A stretch of 64,000 bases of DNA from assembly GCA_035708565.1 (NCBI GenBank), contig DASSSF010000058.1:2704-66703 (forward strand), in the 5' to 3' direction. Of the stretch, positions 38,901-48,139 are shown in pieces. The position numbers and the translations under genes are program-made. Each line of letters begins with the position of its first letter. Within the stretch, counting starts at the first letter, position 1. Origin of the DNA: Candidatus Limnocylindria bacterium. Its GTDB lineage: Bacteria; Chloroflexota; Limnocylindria; P2-11E. The notes beneath the pieces were generated by a model. It searched no databases, was not told the DNA's origin, and worked only from the letters and a program-made list of their open reading frames with translations.

Positions 38901-39077
38901 GAGTACCGGCGCGACTACGGCGCCTTCCTTCTCGACCAGGGACGCGTCGCGGAAGCGCGCCGGGAGCTCGAGGCCGTGCGCGCGTTCTTCGGCTCGGACC
39001 TCGTCGCGCTCGAGCGGGACAAGACCGACGCGCTCCTCCGTCGTGCGGCGGAGGCCGAGAAGGCGGCTCGTCGCTAG
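35940..39077 (+). CDS. Class III adenylate/guanylate cyclase domain + AAA/STAND ATPase + TPR/helical repeats (1045 aa). Paralog of 17245..20544.
   Basis: 'LATILFADIVGST...FIGDAVMAVFGVP' CHD. Walker A 'GDAGVGKSRL'. Confidence 0.85.
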   Translation: MPEERKLATILFADIVGSTETGAAHDPEVVRRELSRAFAEMRQILERHGGTVEKFIGDAVMAVFGVPVAHDDDADRAVRAAFALRDRIAALSAGGRIPLELRLGLNTGQVVAGTGGETLVTGPAVNEAARLQQAAASGEILAGALTRRLTSGGVEYGPVRRVEAKGVGELEVAPAERLASAVPEQHRGIAGLQAPLIGRDEELRLLVDAYRKVEREERASLVTIYGDAGVGKSRLVRELVEALGDARVRRGRCLPYGEGITFWPVVEILRADAGITAQDTYEQATLKLRAAVLAAFGEATDDADAVARRLAVLAGIARAEDALPEVAADGVPNELRWGLRRYVELRAADEPLTLVFDDIQWAEPALYGLIEHLAEWTRAPAFLVCLARPEMRERRPGWGGGLLNAAAIRLDPLSEDESRRLIARLLDIDDLPEGVRAEVVRRAEGNPLYVEEFLRMLIDAGGVARRGGRFVATASLAELEVPPTLRGLIAARLDAAPAAVKHALQRASVVGKVFWPEAVAALGGVEGRADDVLLEAARRELVAELDERGPGGGRAWTFRHILVRDVAYVSLPKEERSRAHDLFGRWLEAAAGARLDEYADIVAYHAEQAFLLAHELGDPAAADLGRRALEGLMAAGRKARQRADAHASLAFHRRAQAIAQATAAPAAERVAAAGLAASARLQIESSDEALAEVRALLPEARAAGPSEALVALLVDTSFRTFDDKEQAFALDREAVEVARALRDPETIAFALFQSSWTPWGVGDLDMQRRCLLDALEHMRASGARRMEFGCLAWLANNGYMRGDFAAAHAYHEEAARRVAEGSSPLQRMFLTRQRGGWALSRGDLATAASLERDQLRQAQDLGLRSQIGVAHMWLARVLRDSGDLAAARAALESAVAMLAPAAEVAFRAEARAQLARVCVAMGDLEEARAQADTARAEVEADDAFTQCTSRSALAQVRAFEGRAVEAEGLFREALEGIARTGYRALHAEYRRDYGAFLLDQGRVAEARRELEAVRAFFGSDLVALERDKTDALLRRAAEAEKAARR

Positions 39078-39080
39078 GAC

Positions 39081-40505
39081 CTAGAGCTTCTTCACTTCCG
39101 CGACGAGCTGGGTGAGCACCTCTTTCGCGTCGCCGAAGACCATCTGCGTCTTCGGGTCGAGGTAGAGCTCGTTGTCGATGCCGGCGAAGCCCGGCCGCAT
39201 GCTGCGCTTGACGACGAGGACGTTCTCGGCCTTGTCGACGTCGAGGATCGGCATCCCGTAGATCGGGCTGCTCTTGTCGGCGCGCGCCGCGGGGTTCGTC
39301 ACGTCGTTCGCCCCGATGACGAGCGCGACGTCGGTCCGCGGGAACTCGGGGTTGATGTCGTCCATCTCGACGAGCTGCTCGTACGGCACGTTCGCCTCCG
39401 CGAGGAGCACGTTCATGTGGCCCGGCATGCGGCCCGCGACCGGATGGATCGCGTACTTCACCGTGGCGCCCTTCTCCTGGAGGAGGTCCGCGAGCTCGCG
39501 CACGCCGTGCTGCGCCTGCGCGACCGCGAGCCCGTAGCCCGGGACGATGACCACCTGCCGCGCGTACGCGAGGAGCGCGGCCGCGTCCTCGGGCGTCGCG
39601 GTGCGCGACGTCCTGCCGTCGTCCGCCCGGCCGGCCGAGCCCGCGGCGGCCGCCGCGCCGAACGCGCCGAAGAGCACGTTCCCGAGCGACCGGTTCATCG
39701 CCTTCGACATGAGGCGCGTGAGGATCGTGCCGGACGCGCCGACGAGCGTCCCCGCGATGATCAGGAGCTGGTTCCCGAGGACGAACCCGGCCGCCGCGAC
39801 CGCGAGGCCGGTGTACGCGTTGAGGAGCGAGATGACGACGGGCATGTCCGCGCCGCCGATCGGCAGCACGAGCGTGACGCCGAAGATGAGCGCGAGCACG
39901 AGCGCGGCCCAGAGGAGCGTCTGGCCCGGCAGCACCTCGGTGCCGAACGCGACGCCCCAGAGGATGAGGATCGCGGCGAGGAGCATGCCGCCGAACACGA
40001 TGGCCGTGAGGGCGCGCTGGAACGGGTAGCGGTACGCGCGCGGGTCGATGACGCCCTGGAGCTTCGAGAACGCGACGAGCGATCCCGAGAACGAGACGGC
40101 GCCGATCATCAGCGCCAGCAGGATGCTGATCGGCACCCCGATGCCCTCGAAGCCGTGCCCGGTCGACGGGTCGGTGTCGTGGAGGAACTCGAGGATCGAG
40201 ACGACGGCCGCGGACCCGCCGCCCGCGCCGTTGAAGAGGGCGACCATCTGCGGCATCGCGGTCATCGGGACGGCCCGCGCGCCGTAGACGCCGATCGCCG
40301 TGCCCACGGCCATCCCCGCGACCACGACGGCCCAGTTCACGTTCTCGAGGACGAAGAACGTCGCGGCGAGCGCGAGGAGCATGCCCGCGGCCGCGATGCG
40401 GTTGCCGAGCACGGCCGTCTTCGGCCCGGAGAGGCCCTTGAGGCCGAGGATGAACGTCACCGCGGCGACGAAGTACGCGATCGCGACGAGCGTCTCCCGG
40501 TCCAT
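39081..40505 (-). CDS. pntB: NAD(P) transhydrogenase subunit beta
   Basis: 474 aa with a multi-TM N-terminus and the NADP(H)-binding domain III 'GYGLAVAQAQH...GANDVTNP'. Confidence 0.9.
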   Translation of the reverse strand: MDRETLVAIAYFVAAVTFILGLKGLSGPKTAVLGNRIAAAGMLLALAATFFVLENVNWAVVVAGMAVGTAIGVYGARAVPMTAMPQMVALFNGAGGGSAAVVSILEFLHDTDPSTGHGFEGIGVPISILLALMIGAVSFSGSLVAFSKLQGVIDPRAYRYPFQRALTAIVFGGMLLAAILILWGVAFGTEVLPGQTLLWAALVLALIFGVTLVLPIGGADMPVVISLLNAYTGLAVAAAGFVLGNQLLIIAGTLVGASGTILTRLMSKAMNRSLGNVLFGAFGAAAAAGSAGRADDGRTSRTATPEDAAALLAYARQVVIVPGYGLAVAQAQHGVRELADLLQEKGATVKYAIHPVAGRMPGHMNVLLAEANVPYEQLVEMDDINPEFPRTDVALVIGANDVTNPAARADKSSPIYGMPILDVDKAENVLVVKRSMRPGFAGIDNELYLDPKTQMVFGDAKEVLTQLVAEVKKL

Positions 40506-40795
40506 CAGCGCTTCGGCCTCCGGCCGAACATCTGGAGCATCCGGTCGGTCACGACGAAGCCGCCGACGACGTTCACCGTGCCGAGGACGACGCCGAGGAA
40601 TCCGAGGAGCGTCCCGAGCGGGCCCGGCACGGCCGACGCGACGAGGAGCGCGCCGATGACGATGATCCCGTGGATCGCGTTCGCTCCGGACATGAGCGGC
40701 GTGTGGAGCGTCGACGGCACCTTCGAGATCACCTCGAAGCCCACGAAGACCGCGAGGACGAAGATGTACGCGCCGAGGAGCGCCGTCTCGCTCAT
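40505..40795 (-). CDS. pntAB: NAD(P) transhydrogenase subunit alpha part 2 (membrane domain)
   Basis: 96 aa with 3 TM and 'HTPLMSGANAI' conserved. TGATG coupling to pntB. Confidence 0.85.
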   Translation of the reverse strand: MSETALLGAYIFVLAVFVGFEVISKVPSTLHTPLMSGANAIHGIIVIGALLVASAVPGPLGTLLGFLGVVLGTVNVVGGFVVTDRMLQMFGRRPKR

Positions 40796-41904
40796 GCCTT
40801 CTCCACGACGCCGCGGACCTGCTCGTTGACGATCTTCCCCTCGTGCGTGACGAAGGCGCCCTTCGCGATCTCGTCCGCGAGGTCCACCTTCAGCGCCCCG
40901 TCCTTCATGAGGTACTGGAGGAGCGACGTCACGTTGCGCGAGTAGAGCTGGCTCGCGTGGTAGGGGACCGTGCTCGGGAGGTTGGTCTCTCCGACGAGCG
41001 TGACCCCGTCCTTCACCACGACCTTGCCCGCCTCCGTGCCCTCGACGTTCCCGCCGGCCTCGGCGGCCATGTCGACGATCACGCTGCCCGGCCTCATCGC
41101 GCGGACGGTGTCCGCGGTGACGAGGACGGGAGCCTTCCGTCCGGGCACGAGCGCCGTCGTGATCACGACGTCCGCGGCGCGCACGCGCTCGGCCATGAGC
41201 TCGCGCTGCTTCTGCTGCTCCTCCGGCGTGAGCTCGCGCGCGTAGCCGCCGCTGCCCTCGGCCTTGATGTCGATCTCGATGAACTTCGCGCCGAGGCTCT
41301 GGACCTGCTCCTTCACGACGGGGCGCGTGTCGAACGCCTCGACGACCGCGCCGAGGCGCCGCGCGGTCGCGATCGCCTGGAGCCCCGCGACGCCCGCGCC
41401 GATGACGAACACGCGGGCCGGCGTCACGGTGCCGGCGGCCGTGGTGAGCATCGGGAAGAAGCGCGGCAGGTGCTCGGCCGCGAGGAGCACCGCTTTGTAG
41501 CCGCCGATGTTGCTCTGCGACGACAGCGCGTCCATCGGCTGGGCGCGGGTCGTGCGCGGGATCGTCTCCATCGCGATCGCCGTCACGCCCTTCTGCGCGA
41601 GCGTTCGCACGAGCGCGTGCTGCGTGAGGGGCTGGAGGAGGCCGATGAGCGTGACGCCCGAGCCGAGGCGTTCCATCTCGGCGTCGGTCGGCCGCTGGAC
41701 CTTCGCGACGATCTCAGCCGCGTACGGATCGCCGATCGTCGCGCCCGCCTGCTCGTACTCCGCGTCGGTGAAGCCCGCCGAGGTCCCGGCAGCGCGCTCG
41801 ACGACCAGGTCGAGCCCCGCGCGCTTCAGGTCGCGGATCGATCCGGGCACGACGGCGACACGCCGTTCGCCGGGCATGGTCTCTCGGGGGACGCCGATCC
41901 TCAT
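40792..41904 (-). CDS. pntAA: NAD(P) transhydrogenase subunit alpha part 1 (NAD(H)-binding, AlaDH-like)
   Basis: 'MRIGVPRE...' and Rossmann 'VFVIGAGVAGLQA'. Confidence 0.9.
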   Translation of the reverse strand: MRIGVPRETMPGERRVAVVPGSIRDLKRAGLDLVVERAAGTSAGFTDAEYEQAGATIGDPYAAEIVAKVQRPTDAEMERLGSGVTLIGLLQPLTQHALVRTLAQKGVTAIAMETIPRTTRAQPMDALSSQSNIGGYKAVLLAAEHLPRFFPMLTTAAGTVTPARVFVIGAGVAGLQAIATARRLGAVVEAFDTRPVVKEQVQSLGAKFIEIDIKAEGSGGYARELTPEEQQKQRELMAERVRAADVVITTALVPGRKAPVLVTADTVRAMRPGSVIVDMAAEAGGNVEGTEAGKVVVKDGVTLVGETNLPSTVPYHASQLYSRNVTSLLQYLMKDGALKVDLADEIAKGAFVTHEGKIVNEQVRGVVEKA

Positions 41905-41965
41905 TGGGTGCGACGAACGCTAGCAGGGATGCGCCGCGCGCGTTCGGTCGCGCCCGCGCGCTCTC

Positions 41966-43840
41966 TTAGCCGACGAGCCCGAGCGCGCGCCAGAAGGGGA
42001 TCGCCACGACGATCGCGGCGAGCCGGATCGCGAGGAGCGCCGCGCCCATGACCGTGCCCTGCCGGTCGTCGAACGCCTCGCGCCCCGTCGCCTCCCGGTA
42101 CATCAGGTACTCGAGGCCCTGGTAGGGGAGGATCCACATGTTCGCCATGAGGAGCACGACGATCCCCGCGACCCACCCGCTGATCCCGAGCGCCGGCGCG
42201 GCCGGAACGAACGCGAGGATGAGGAGGAACATCGTCGGCCTGCTCGGGAGCACGATGCGGCTCACGGCGGTGACGAGCGCGATCGCGATGACCGACACCT
42301 CCGGGCCAAGGGCCGCGACCGGCGCGATGCCGCCGGCGACCCACTTGTCGACGCCGCTCCGGCCGAGGACCTCGCCGGAGCCGAGGAGCACGCCGAAGAG
42401 GATGAGGAAGCCCCAGTCGATCCCGGTGCGGAACTGCGTCCGGTCGAGGACCGTGCCGGTGACGACGACGAGCGCGGCGAGCGCGACCCACGCGGGCTCG
42501 ATGCCGAGCGCGCGCTGCGCGGCGAGCCCCGCGATGAGCACGGCGACGGCCGCCGCCGTGACGACCTCGCCGCGGGTGATCGGACCGAGCACGGCGCGCT
42601 GGCGCGCGAGCGCGTCTCCGCGGATGGTGCCCTCGCGCTCCGGGCGGAACAGGAAGAGGAGCACGACGAGGCTGCCCGCGAAGCACGCGACGCCGACGGG
42701 TGCCGCCGCGACGAGCCACGTCGTCCAGTCGAACCGGGCGCGCTCCGCCGGCGTGAGCAGGTCGAGCAGGTAGAAGTTCGTCGCGAAGCCGGTCAGGAAG
42801 ATGTTGCTGAAGTACCAGTAGCCGATGAGGCCGGCGAAGGCGAGGCCGGCGCTGCCGCGCGAGCGCGCCTCGTAGCCGAAGGCCTGTCCGAGCTCGCGCG
42901 TCACGCGCGCGATCGCCGCCACGCGCGCGACGGAGACCGGCACGAGGGGCGTGATGACCGCTCCGCCCGCGAGGAGCGCGAGCACCTGGCCGCGGTAGGT
43001 CGCCGGGAACGCGCGGAGCGATGTGAGCGCCGCGCGGAAGAGCAGACCCGTACCGGCCATCGCCGCGGCGACGGCGAGGACGCCGAGCACGAGGAGCCAC
43101 GAGGTGCTCGTGAACCCGGCGAAGACCACGGCGGCCGGAGCGAGGCCGAGCACGCCCCACGCGGTCGCGAGCGCGACCGCGACGGCGAAGTCGGGGATCA
43201 CGTCCACGGTCCACGCGATCGACGCGCCGCCCAGGACCAGGAGCGCGTGCCAGCCCTCCGTCGAGAGGCCCGCCGGCGCCGGGAGCGCCCAGAGGAGCGC
43301 CGGCACCGCGAAGGACAGCGCGGCCGCGGCCGCGCGCCGGCGCGAGCCGCCGCGCCCCCGGGATGACGCAGTGACGACGGGCCTGCTCTCCGTGGTCGGG
43401 AGCGGCGCGCCGATGAGCCCGCGCTGCCGGCGGTCGAGGAGCTCGGCGAGGGAGCGCGCGACGACGAGCCCGACGTCGGGGCGCTCGCGCACCAGGTCCT
43501 CGAAGCGCGCGCGCGGGAGACGCCAGAGGAGCGCGTCGGTCGACGTGCGCGCGGTCGCCGTGCGGCGGTCGAGGAGCATGCCGAGCTCGCCGAACTGCGC
43601 CGGCGCTTCGACCTCGGCGACCTGGACGTCGCCGTCCTCCGACGCGATCGTGAGCGTCACGCAGCCCTGCGCGAGGAGGTAGAGCGCGTCGGCGGCCTCG
43701 CCCTCCTTCATCACGAGCGCGCCGCCCGGCACGTGCCGCTCCTCGAGCGCGCCGGCGAGCCGCGCGAGCGTCACGCGGTCGAGCCCGCTGAAGAAGGGGA
43801 CGGTGCGGAGGAGGTCCTCGGGCGCGACGGCGGAGGCTAT
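41966..43840 (-). CDS. Cyclic-nucleotide-binding domain fused to a multi-TM anion/ion-transporter-superfamily (DASS/ArsB/CitMHS-like) permease. The start is uncertain.
   Basis: In-frame reading of ORF 41966..45502. CNB 'LLRTVPFFSGLD...FGELGML...RTATARTSTDALLWRL', then about 12 TM. There is no ATG/GTG/TTG before the CNB. ATA at 43840 overlaps the upstream TAG stop (ATAG). Confidence 0.7.
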   Translation of the reverse strand: MASAVAPEDLLRTVPFFSGLDRVTLARLAGALEERHVPGGALVMKEGEAADALYLLAQGCVTLTIASEDGDVQVAEVEAPAQFGELGMLLDRRTATARTSTDALLWRLPRARFEDLVRERPDVGLVVARSLAELLDRRQRGLIGAPLPTTESRPVVTASSRGRGGSRRRAAAAALSFAVPALLWALPAPAGLSTEGWHALLVLGGASIAWTVDVIPDFAVAVALATAWGVLGLAPAAVVFAGFTSTSWLLVLGVLAVAAAMAGTGLLFRAALTSLRAFPATYRGQVLALLAGGAVITPLVPVSVARVAAIARVTRELGQAFGYEARSRGSAGLAFAGLIGYWYFSNIFLTGFATNFYLLDLLTPAERARFDWTTWLVAAAPVGVACFAGSLVVLLFLFRPEREGTIRGDALARQRAVLGPITRGEVVTAAAVAVLIAGLAAQRALGIEPAWVALAALVVVTGTVLDRTQFRTGIDWGFLILFGVLLGSGEVLGRSGVDKWVAGGIAPVAALGPEVSVIAIALVTAVSRIVLPSRPTMFLLILAFVPAAPALGISGWVAGIVVLLMANMWILPYQGLEYLMYREATGREAFDDRQGTVMGAALLAIRLAAIVVAIPFWRALGLVG

Positions 43841-44748
43841 GCGCCCTCGCGGCGCTGGACATGGCGCGGATCCAGCGCGTCCCGAAGGCCGTCGCCGATG
43901 AAGTTGATCGAGACGACCGCGAGGAAGATCGCGAGCCCTGGGAAGACGGCGAGCCAGGGGGCCTTGTCCATGTCGCTCGTCGCGTCGCGCAGCATGTTCC
44001 CCCACGACGGCGTCGGCGGCTGGATGCCGAGGCCGAGGAACGACAGCGTGCTCTCGCTGATGATCGCGCTCGCGACGCCGAGCGTCGCCGCCACGATGAT
44101 CGGGGCGAGCGAGTTCGGCAGCAGGTGGCGCAGGATGATGCGCCGGTCGCCCGCGCCGATCATCCGCGCCGCGACGACGAACTCGCGCTCCTTGAGGGAC
44201 AGGAACTGCGCCCGCACGAGGCGCGACGTCGTCATCCAGGAGAGCAGCCCGAGGACGATCACGACCACGGTCACCGTCATGCCCTTGAAGAAGACGCCGA
44301 AGAGGATGAGCAGGAACAGGCGCGGGAAGGAATACATCATGTCGACGAGCCGCATGAGGACGGAGTCGATCCAGCGCCCGTAGTACCCCGCGACCATCCC
44401 GACGAACGTCCCGAACGAGATCGCGACCGTGACCGCGAGGAACCCGACCGCGAGCGAGACGCGGCCTCCGTAGAGGATGCGCGTCGCGAGGTCGCGCCCG
44501 AGGCTGTCCGTGCCGAACGGGTGCACCGGCGACGGCGGCTCGTAGATGTCGAGGAGCCGCGTGCGCTCGGGGTCGTACGGCGAGACGAGCGGCGCGGCGG
44601 CGGCGAGCAGCGCGAGCGCGACGAGCACGAAGATGCTGACGAGCGCGAGGCGGTGCGCCATGAACCGCTCCGCAGCCAGCCGCCACTGGCTTCGCGGCTT
44701 CGCGACCGGTGCCGCGAGGGCTCCTGGCTTGAGAGCGATGTCCGCCAT
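43837..44748 (-). CDS. Peptide ABC transporter permease (DppC/OppC-like)
   Basis: 303 aa with the 'EFVVAARMIGAG' EAA loop. Confidence 0.9.
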   Translation of the reverse strand: MADIALKPGALAAPVAKPRSQWRLAAERFMAHRLALVSIFVLVALALLAAAAPLVSPYDPERTRLLDIYEPPSPVHPFGTDSLGRDLATRILYGGRVSLAVGFLAVTVAISFGTFVGMVAGYYGRWIDSVLMRLVDMMYSFPRLFLLILFGVFFKGMTVTVVVIVLGLLSWMTTSRLVRAQFLSLKEREFVVAARMIGAGDRRIILRHLLPNSLAPIIVAATLGVASAIISESTLSFLGLGIQPPTPSWGNMLRDATSDMDKAPWLAVFPGLAIFLAVVSINFIGDGLRDALDPRHVQRREGA

Positions 44749-44751
44749 GGC

Positions 44752-45705
44752 TCAGCTGAACCTGATCCGCGGGTCGAGGTAGCCGTAGAGGACGTCCGCC
44801 ACGAGGTTCGACAGCACGATGAGCGTGCTCGAGACCGCGAGGATCCCCTGGAGCACCGGGTAGTCGGAGCGCGTCGCCGCGTCCCAGAACAGCCGGCCCA
44901 TGCCGGGCCAGCCGAAGATCTGCTCGGTCACGAGCGCGCCGACGAAGAGCTCGGGCAGGTCCAGGGCGACGATCGTCACGAGCGGGATCGCCGCGTTCTT
45001 GAGCGCGTGCCGCAGCACGAGGACGCGCTCCGAGAGCCCCTTCGCCCGCGCGGTGCGCATGAAGTCCTGGCCGATCGTCTCGAGCATCGACGCGCGCAGG
45101 TAGCGCACGTGGCCGCCGACCTGGACGAGCGAGAGCGTCATCACCGGGAGGATCAGATGCCGCACGCGGTCCCCGATGTCCTGCTCGAGCCCCGGAGTGC
45201 TCATGCCGCCGAGCGGCAGCCAGCGGAGCTGCAGGCCGAACACGATGATCAGCAGCAGCCCGAGCCAGAACGTGGGCGTGGACAGGAACGCGAACGTCGC
45301 GCCCGTGACCGCGTGATCGAAGACCGAGTACTGCTTCACGGCGGTCATCACGCCGATCGGGATCGCGAGCAGCAGCACGACGACGAACACCGTGCCCATG
45401 AGGTAGATCGTGTTCGGCAGGCGCTCGCCGATGAGCTGGAGCACCGGCTGGTGGCTCGCGAACGAGTAGCCCCAGTCGAGCCGCAGGAAGTTGCCGATCC
45501 ACGCGAGGTACTGGACCGGGAGCGGCTGGTCGAGGCCGAACGCCTTCTCGAGCCGGAGGCGGTCCGCCTCGGTGAAGTCGGGGTTGCCCTCGTACGCGGC
45601 GAGGGGCCCTCCCGGGGTGAACTTGAGGATCGCGAACGAGACGACGCTGATCGCGAAGAGCAGCGGCAGCGCCTGGATCAGCCGCCTGACCACGTACCGA
45701 CCCAT
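44752..45705 (-). CDS. Peptide ABC transporter permease (DppB/OppB-like)
   Basis: 317 aa with 'FMRTARAKGLSER'. Confidence 0.9.
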   Translation of the reverse strand: MGRYVVRRLIQALPLLFAISVVSFAILKFTPGGPLAAYEGNPDFTEADRLRLEKAFGLDQPLPVQYLAWIGNFLRLDWGYSFASHQPVLQLIGERLPNTIYLMGTVFVVVLLLAIPIGVMTAVKQYSVFDHAVTGATFAFLSTPTFWLGLLLIIVFGLQLRWLPLGGMSTPGLEQDIGDRVRHLILPVMTLSLVQVGGHVRYLRASMLETIGQDFMRTARAKGLSERVLVLRHALKNAAIPLVTIVALDLPELFVGALVTEQIFGWPGMGRLFWDAATRSDYPVLQGILAVSSTLIVLSNLVADVLYGYLDPRIRFS

Positions 45706-45736
45706 GGCGCTGCCGCTCCCTGCTACTTCTTCTTCG

Positions 45737-47440
45737 CTATTTCTTGAGGTACCAGTCCTCGGTGTTCCAGGTGAATCGCTGCCACGTATTGGCCTTCCAG
45801 CCGCGGAGCTCGACGCTGCGCGCGTCGAGGTCCTGCCGGTCGTACAGCCACACGATCACGTACGCCGCGTTGAGCTGCTTCATTGCCGTCGCGTACGCCT
45901 GCTTCCGCTTGTCCTGGTCGAGCGTCGCGCCGGCCTCCTCGATCGCCTTGTCGGCGACCGGGTCCTTGAACCGCGTGTAGTTCTGGCCGGAGCAGTCCGC
46001 GCGCGTCGGGATGTTCTTCGAGTGGTAGCGCGGGAAGATCGTCGAGTGCGGGTCGATGCCCGGCGACGAGGCGTAGATGAGCATGTCGAACGTCCCGAGC
46101 TTGCGCGGGTCCTTGCCGGTGCACGAGCCCGACAGGATCACGCTCGACGGCTGGTTCTGGATCTTCACCTCGATGCCGATGGCCTTGTACTCGTCCACGA
46201 GCACCTGCTGCACGCGCTCGCGCAGCTGGTTGCCCGAAGTGGTCGCGAGCGTGAGGGACGCGCGGACCCCGCCCTTCGAGCGGATGCCGTCCCCGCCCTT
46301 CGCCCAGCCCGCCTTGTCGAGCGTCTCGTTCGCCTTCTTCTGGTCGTAGGCCTCCTGCGGCTCGCGGTACGCCGCCCAGCCCTGCGAGACCGGGGACGTG
46401 CCCGGCTTGCCCTTGCCGAAGAGGAGCTTGTCGATGAGCTGCTGCTTCGGCGTCGCGTAGAGGATCGCCTTGCGGACCTCGATGTCACCGAGGACCGGGT
46501 GGACGCTGTTCGGGTCGGTGAACTCCTCGTTCTTCGCGGTGTTCAGCTCCATGCGCTCGACGCTCGGGCCGGGGACGGCCTGGAGCGCGAGCTTGGGCTC
46601 CTTCTCGACCTCGGGCGTCTGGGACTCGGTGAGGTTCCACATCGCGTGGACCTCGCCGGCCTTGAGCTGCGCGATCGCGACCTCGCTCGACGGCACGCTC
46701 TTGAACACGATCTTGTCGAGGTATGGCTTGTCGGGCGCGCCGCGGTAGTTCGGGTTCTTCTCGAGCGTGATCGAGTCGCCGGCCTTGAAGTCGGCGACCT
46801 TGAACGGGCCGGTGCCGATCGGCTTGCGGACGTACTCGGTCTTCGAGATGTCCGCTTCCTTCTCGAGGAGGTGCTTCGGCATGAGCGCGGGGCTCGTGCC
46901 CCCGAAGTTCAGCGGGTACGGGGCGTAGATCGACTTGTAGTGGACGACCGCCGTCAGCTCGTTCGGCGTGTCGATCGACTCGATCTCCGAGAAGCCCGTC
47001 CGGTTGTTCACCTTGGGGTCCTTCATCGTGATCTCCCAGGTGAACTTGATGTCGGCGCTCGTCACCGGGGCGCCGTCCGACCACTTGAGGCCGGGCTTGA
47101 GCTCCCACGTGACGTCGAGCTTCGTTCCCTTCACGACCGCGCCGCCGTTCCCGACCGTCGGGATCCGCGTCGCGAGCGTCGGCACGTACTCGCCCTCGTT
47201 CGTGGTCTCGGCCAGGCCCTCGAGGACGCCGTAGTTCACGATGTCGGTGACCGTCTGGTTCGCGTAGTGCGGGGCGAGCGTGGATGGCTCCTGCCAGATC
47301 GCGACGATCGCGGTGCCTCCCCTGACCGGCGCTTCCGCCGGGCCGGTCGGCGCGCCGGTGGCGCCCCCACCGGTCGGCGCCGGCGCGCATGCGGACGCGG
47401 CGAACGCCAATGCCGAGATAAGAGCGAGCGCCCTCTTCAT
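45737..47440 (-). CDS. ABC transporter substrate-binding protein, family 5, lipoprotein ('MKRALALISALAFAASAC')
   Basis: ATG 47440 with 'ggaggg' 4 nt upstream. SBP_bac_5 fold pattern. Confidence 0.9.
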   Translation of the reverse strand: MKRALALISALAFAASACAPAPTGGGATGAPTGPAEAPVRGGTAIVAIWQEPSTLAPHYANQTVTDIVNYGVLEGLAETTNEGEYVPTLATRIPTVGNGGAVVKGTKLDVTWELKPGLKWSDGAPVTSADIKFTWEITMKDPKVNNRTGFSEIESIDTPNELTAVVHYKSIYAPYPLNFGGTSPALMPKHLLEKEADISKTEYVRKPIGTGPFKVADFKAGDSITLEKNPNYRGAPDKPYLDKIVFKSVPSSEVAIAQLKAGEVHAMWNLTESQTPEVEKEPKLALQAVPGPSVERMELNTAKNEEFTDPNSVHPVLGDIEVRKAILYATPKQQLIDKLLFGKGKPGTSPVSQGWAAYREPQEAYDQKKANETLDKAGWAKGGDGIRSKGGVRASLTLATTSGNQLRERVQQVLVDEYKAIGIEVKIQNQPSSVILSGSCTGKDPRKLGTFDMLIYASSPGIDPHSTIFPRYHSKNIPTRADCSGQNYTRFKDPVADKAIEEAGATLDQDKRKQAYATAMKQLNAAYVIVWLYDRQDLDARSVELRGWKANTWQRFTWNTEDWYLKK

Positions 47441-47483
47441 CTGTCCCTCCACAGCCCTCGTGGCAGGCGGCCATTATTGACCG

Positions 47484-48035
47484 GTGATCCGCGACCTAGA
47501 AGGGGCGGAGACGAGCGGCCGGAACCCCCCGAGGTGGCTGCTTCCGGCCGGTAGCGCCGCGTGCGTGGGCGCGTTCATCGTCGCGCTCCTTACATTTCGC
47601 CCTGCGCCGCCCCCGGAAGTCGCCTCTCCCGGTGAGTTGATGCTTGGTCCCTCGGTCATCGCGCAGGTCACGCCCGCGCCCGCGCGCCCCGTGGGCCCGT
47701 CGCTCGAGCTCCCGCAGGGAGCGTTCACGGCGGTAACGCGTCTCAACCTGTCCGGGATCACGGGGCTCGTGCCAGCGAGCGCCGCGGAGGCGGGCGTGCA
47801 GCTGCGCTACCGCCTTTCCGACGGACGCTCGCTCCTGCTCACGCGATCGCGCGACGCGCTCGCGGCGCCCGGCCTGCCGACGCCGGTCCAGGTGCGGGGA
47901 CGATCCGGTCACCTCGTCGCGACCCCGGGTCAGCCGCTCAGCCTCATCTGGAACGAGGCGCCGTTCCACTACGCGCTCGCGTCGAGCGCGCACTCGGGAT
48001 CCGAGCTCGTCGCGATCGCGGAGCGCCTCCGCTGA
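47484..48035 (+). CDS. Hypothetical single-TM protein
   Basis: 183 aa with moderately GC3-rich codons. The antisense ORF 47496..48158 is R-rich junk. Confidence 0.4.
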   Translation: MIRDLEGAETSGRNPPRWLLPAGSAACVGAFIVALLTFRPAPPPEVASPGELMLGPSVIAQVTPAPARPVGPSLELPQGAFTAVTRLNLSGITGLVPASAAEAGVQLRYRLSDGRSLLLTRSRDALAAPGLPTPVQVRGRSGHLVATPGQPLSLIWNEAPFHYALASSAHSGSELVAIAERLR

Positions 48036-48139
48036 GGCCGCGGCCGCCGCGCGCGGTCGTTCGCGCGTACTCGCGCTTCCACGCGTGGCTCCTCGGCGCG
48101 ACCCGCGGCCGGATCGGCGGGCGGCTCGGACGGACACGC

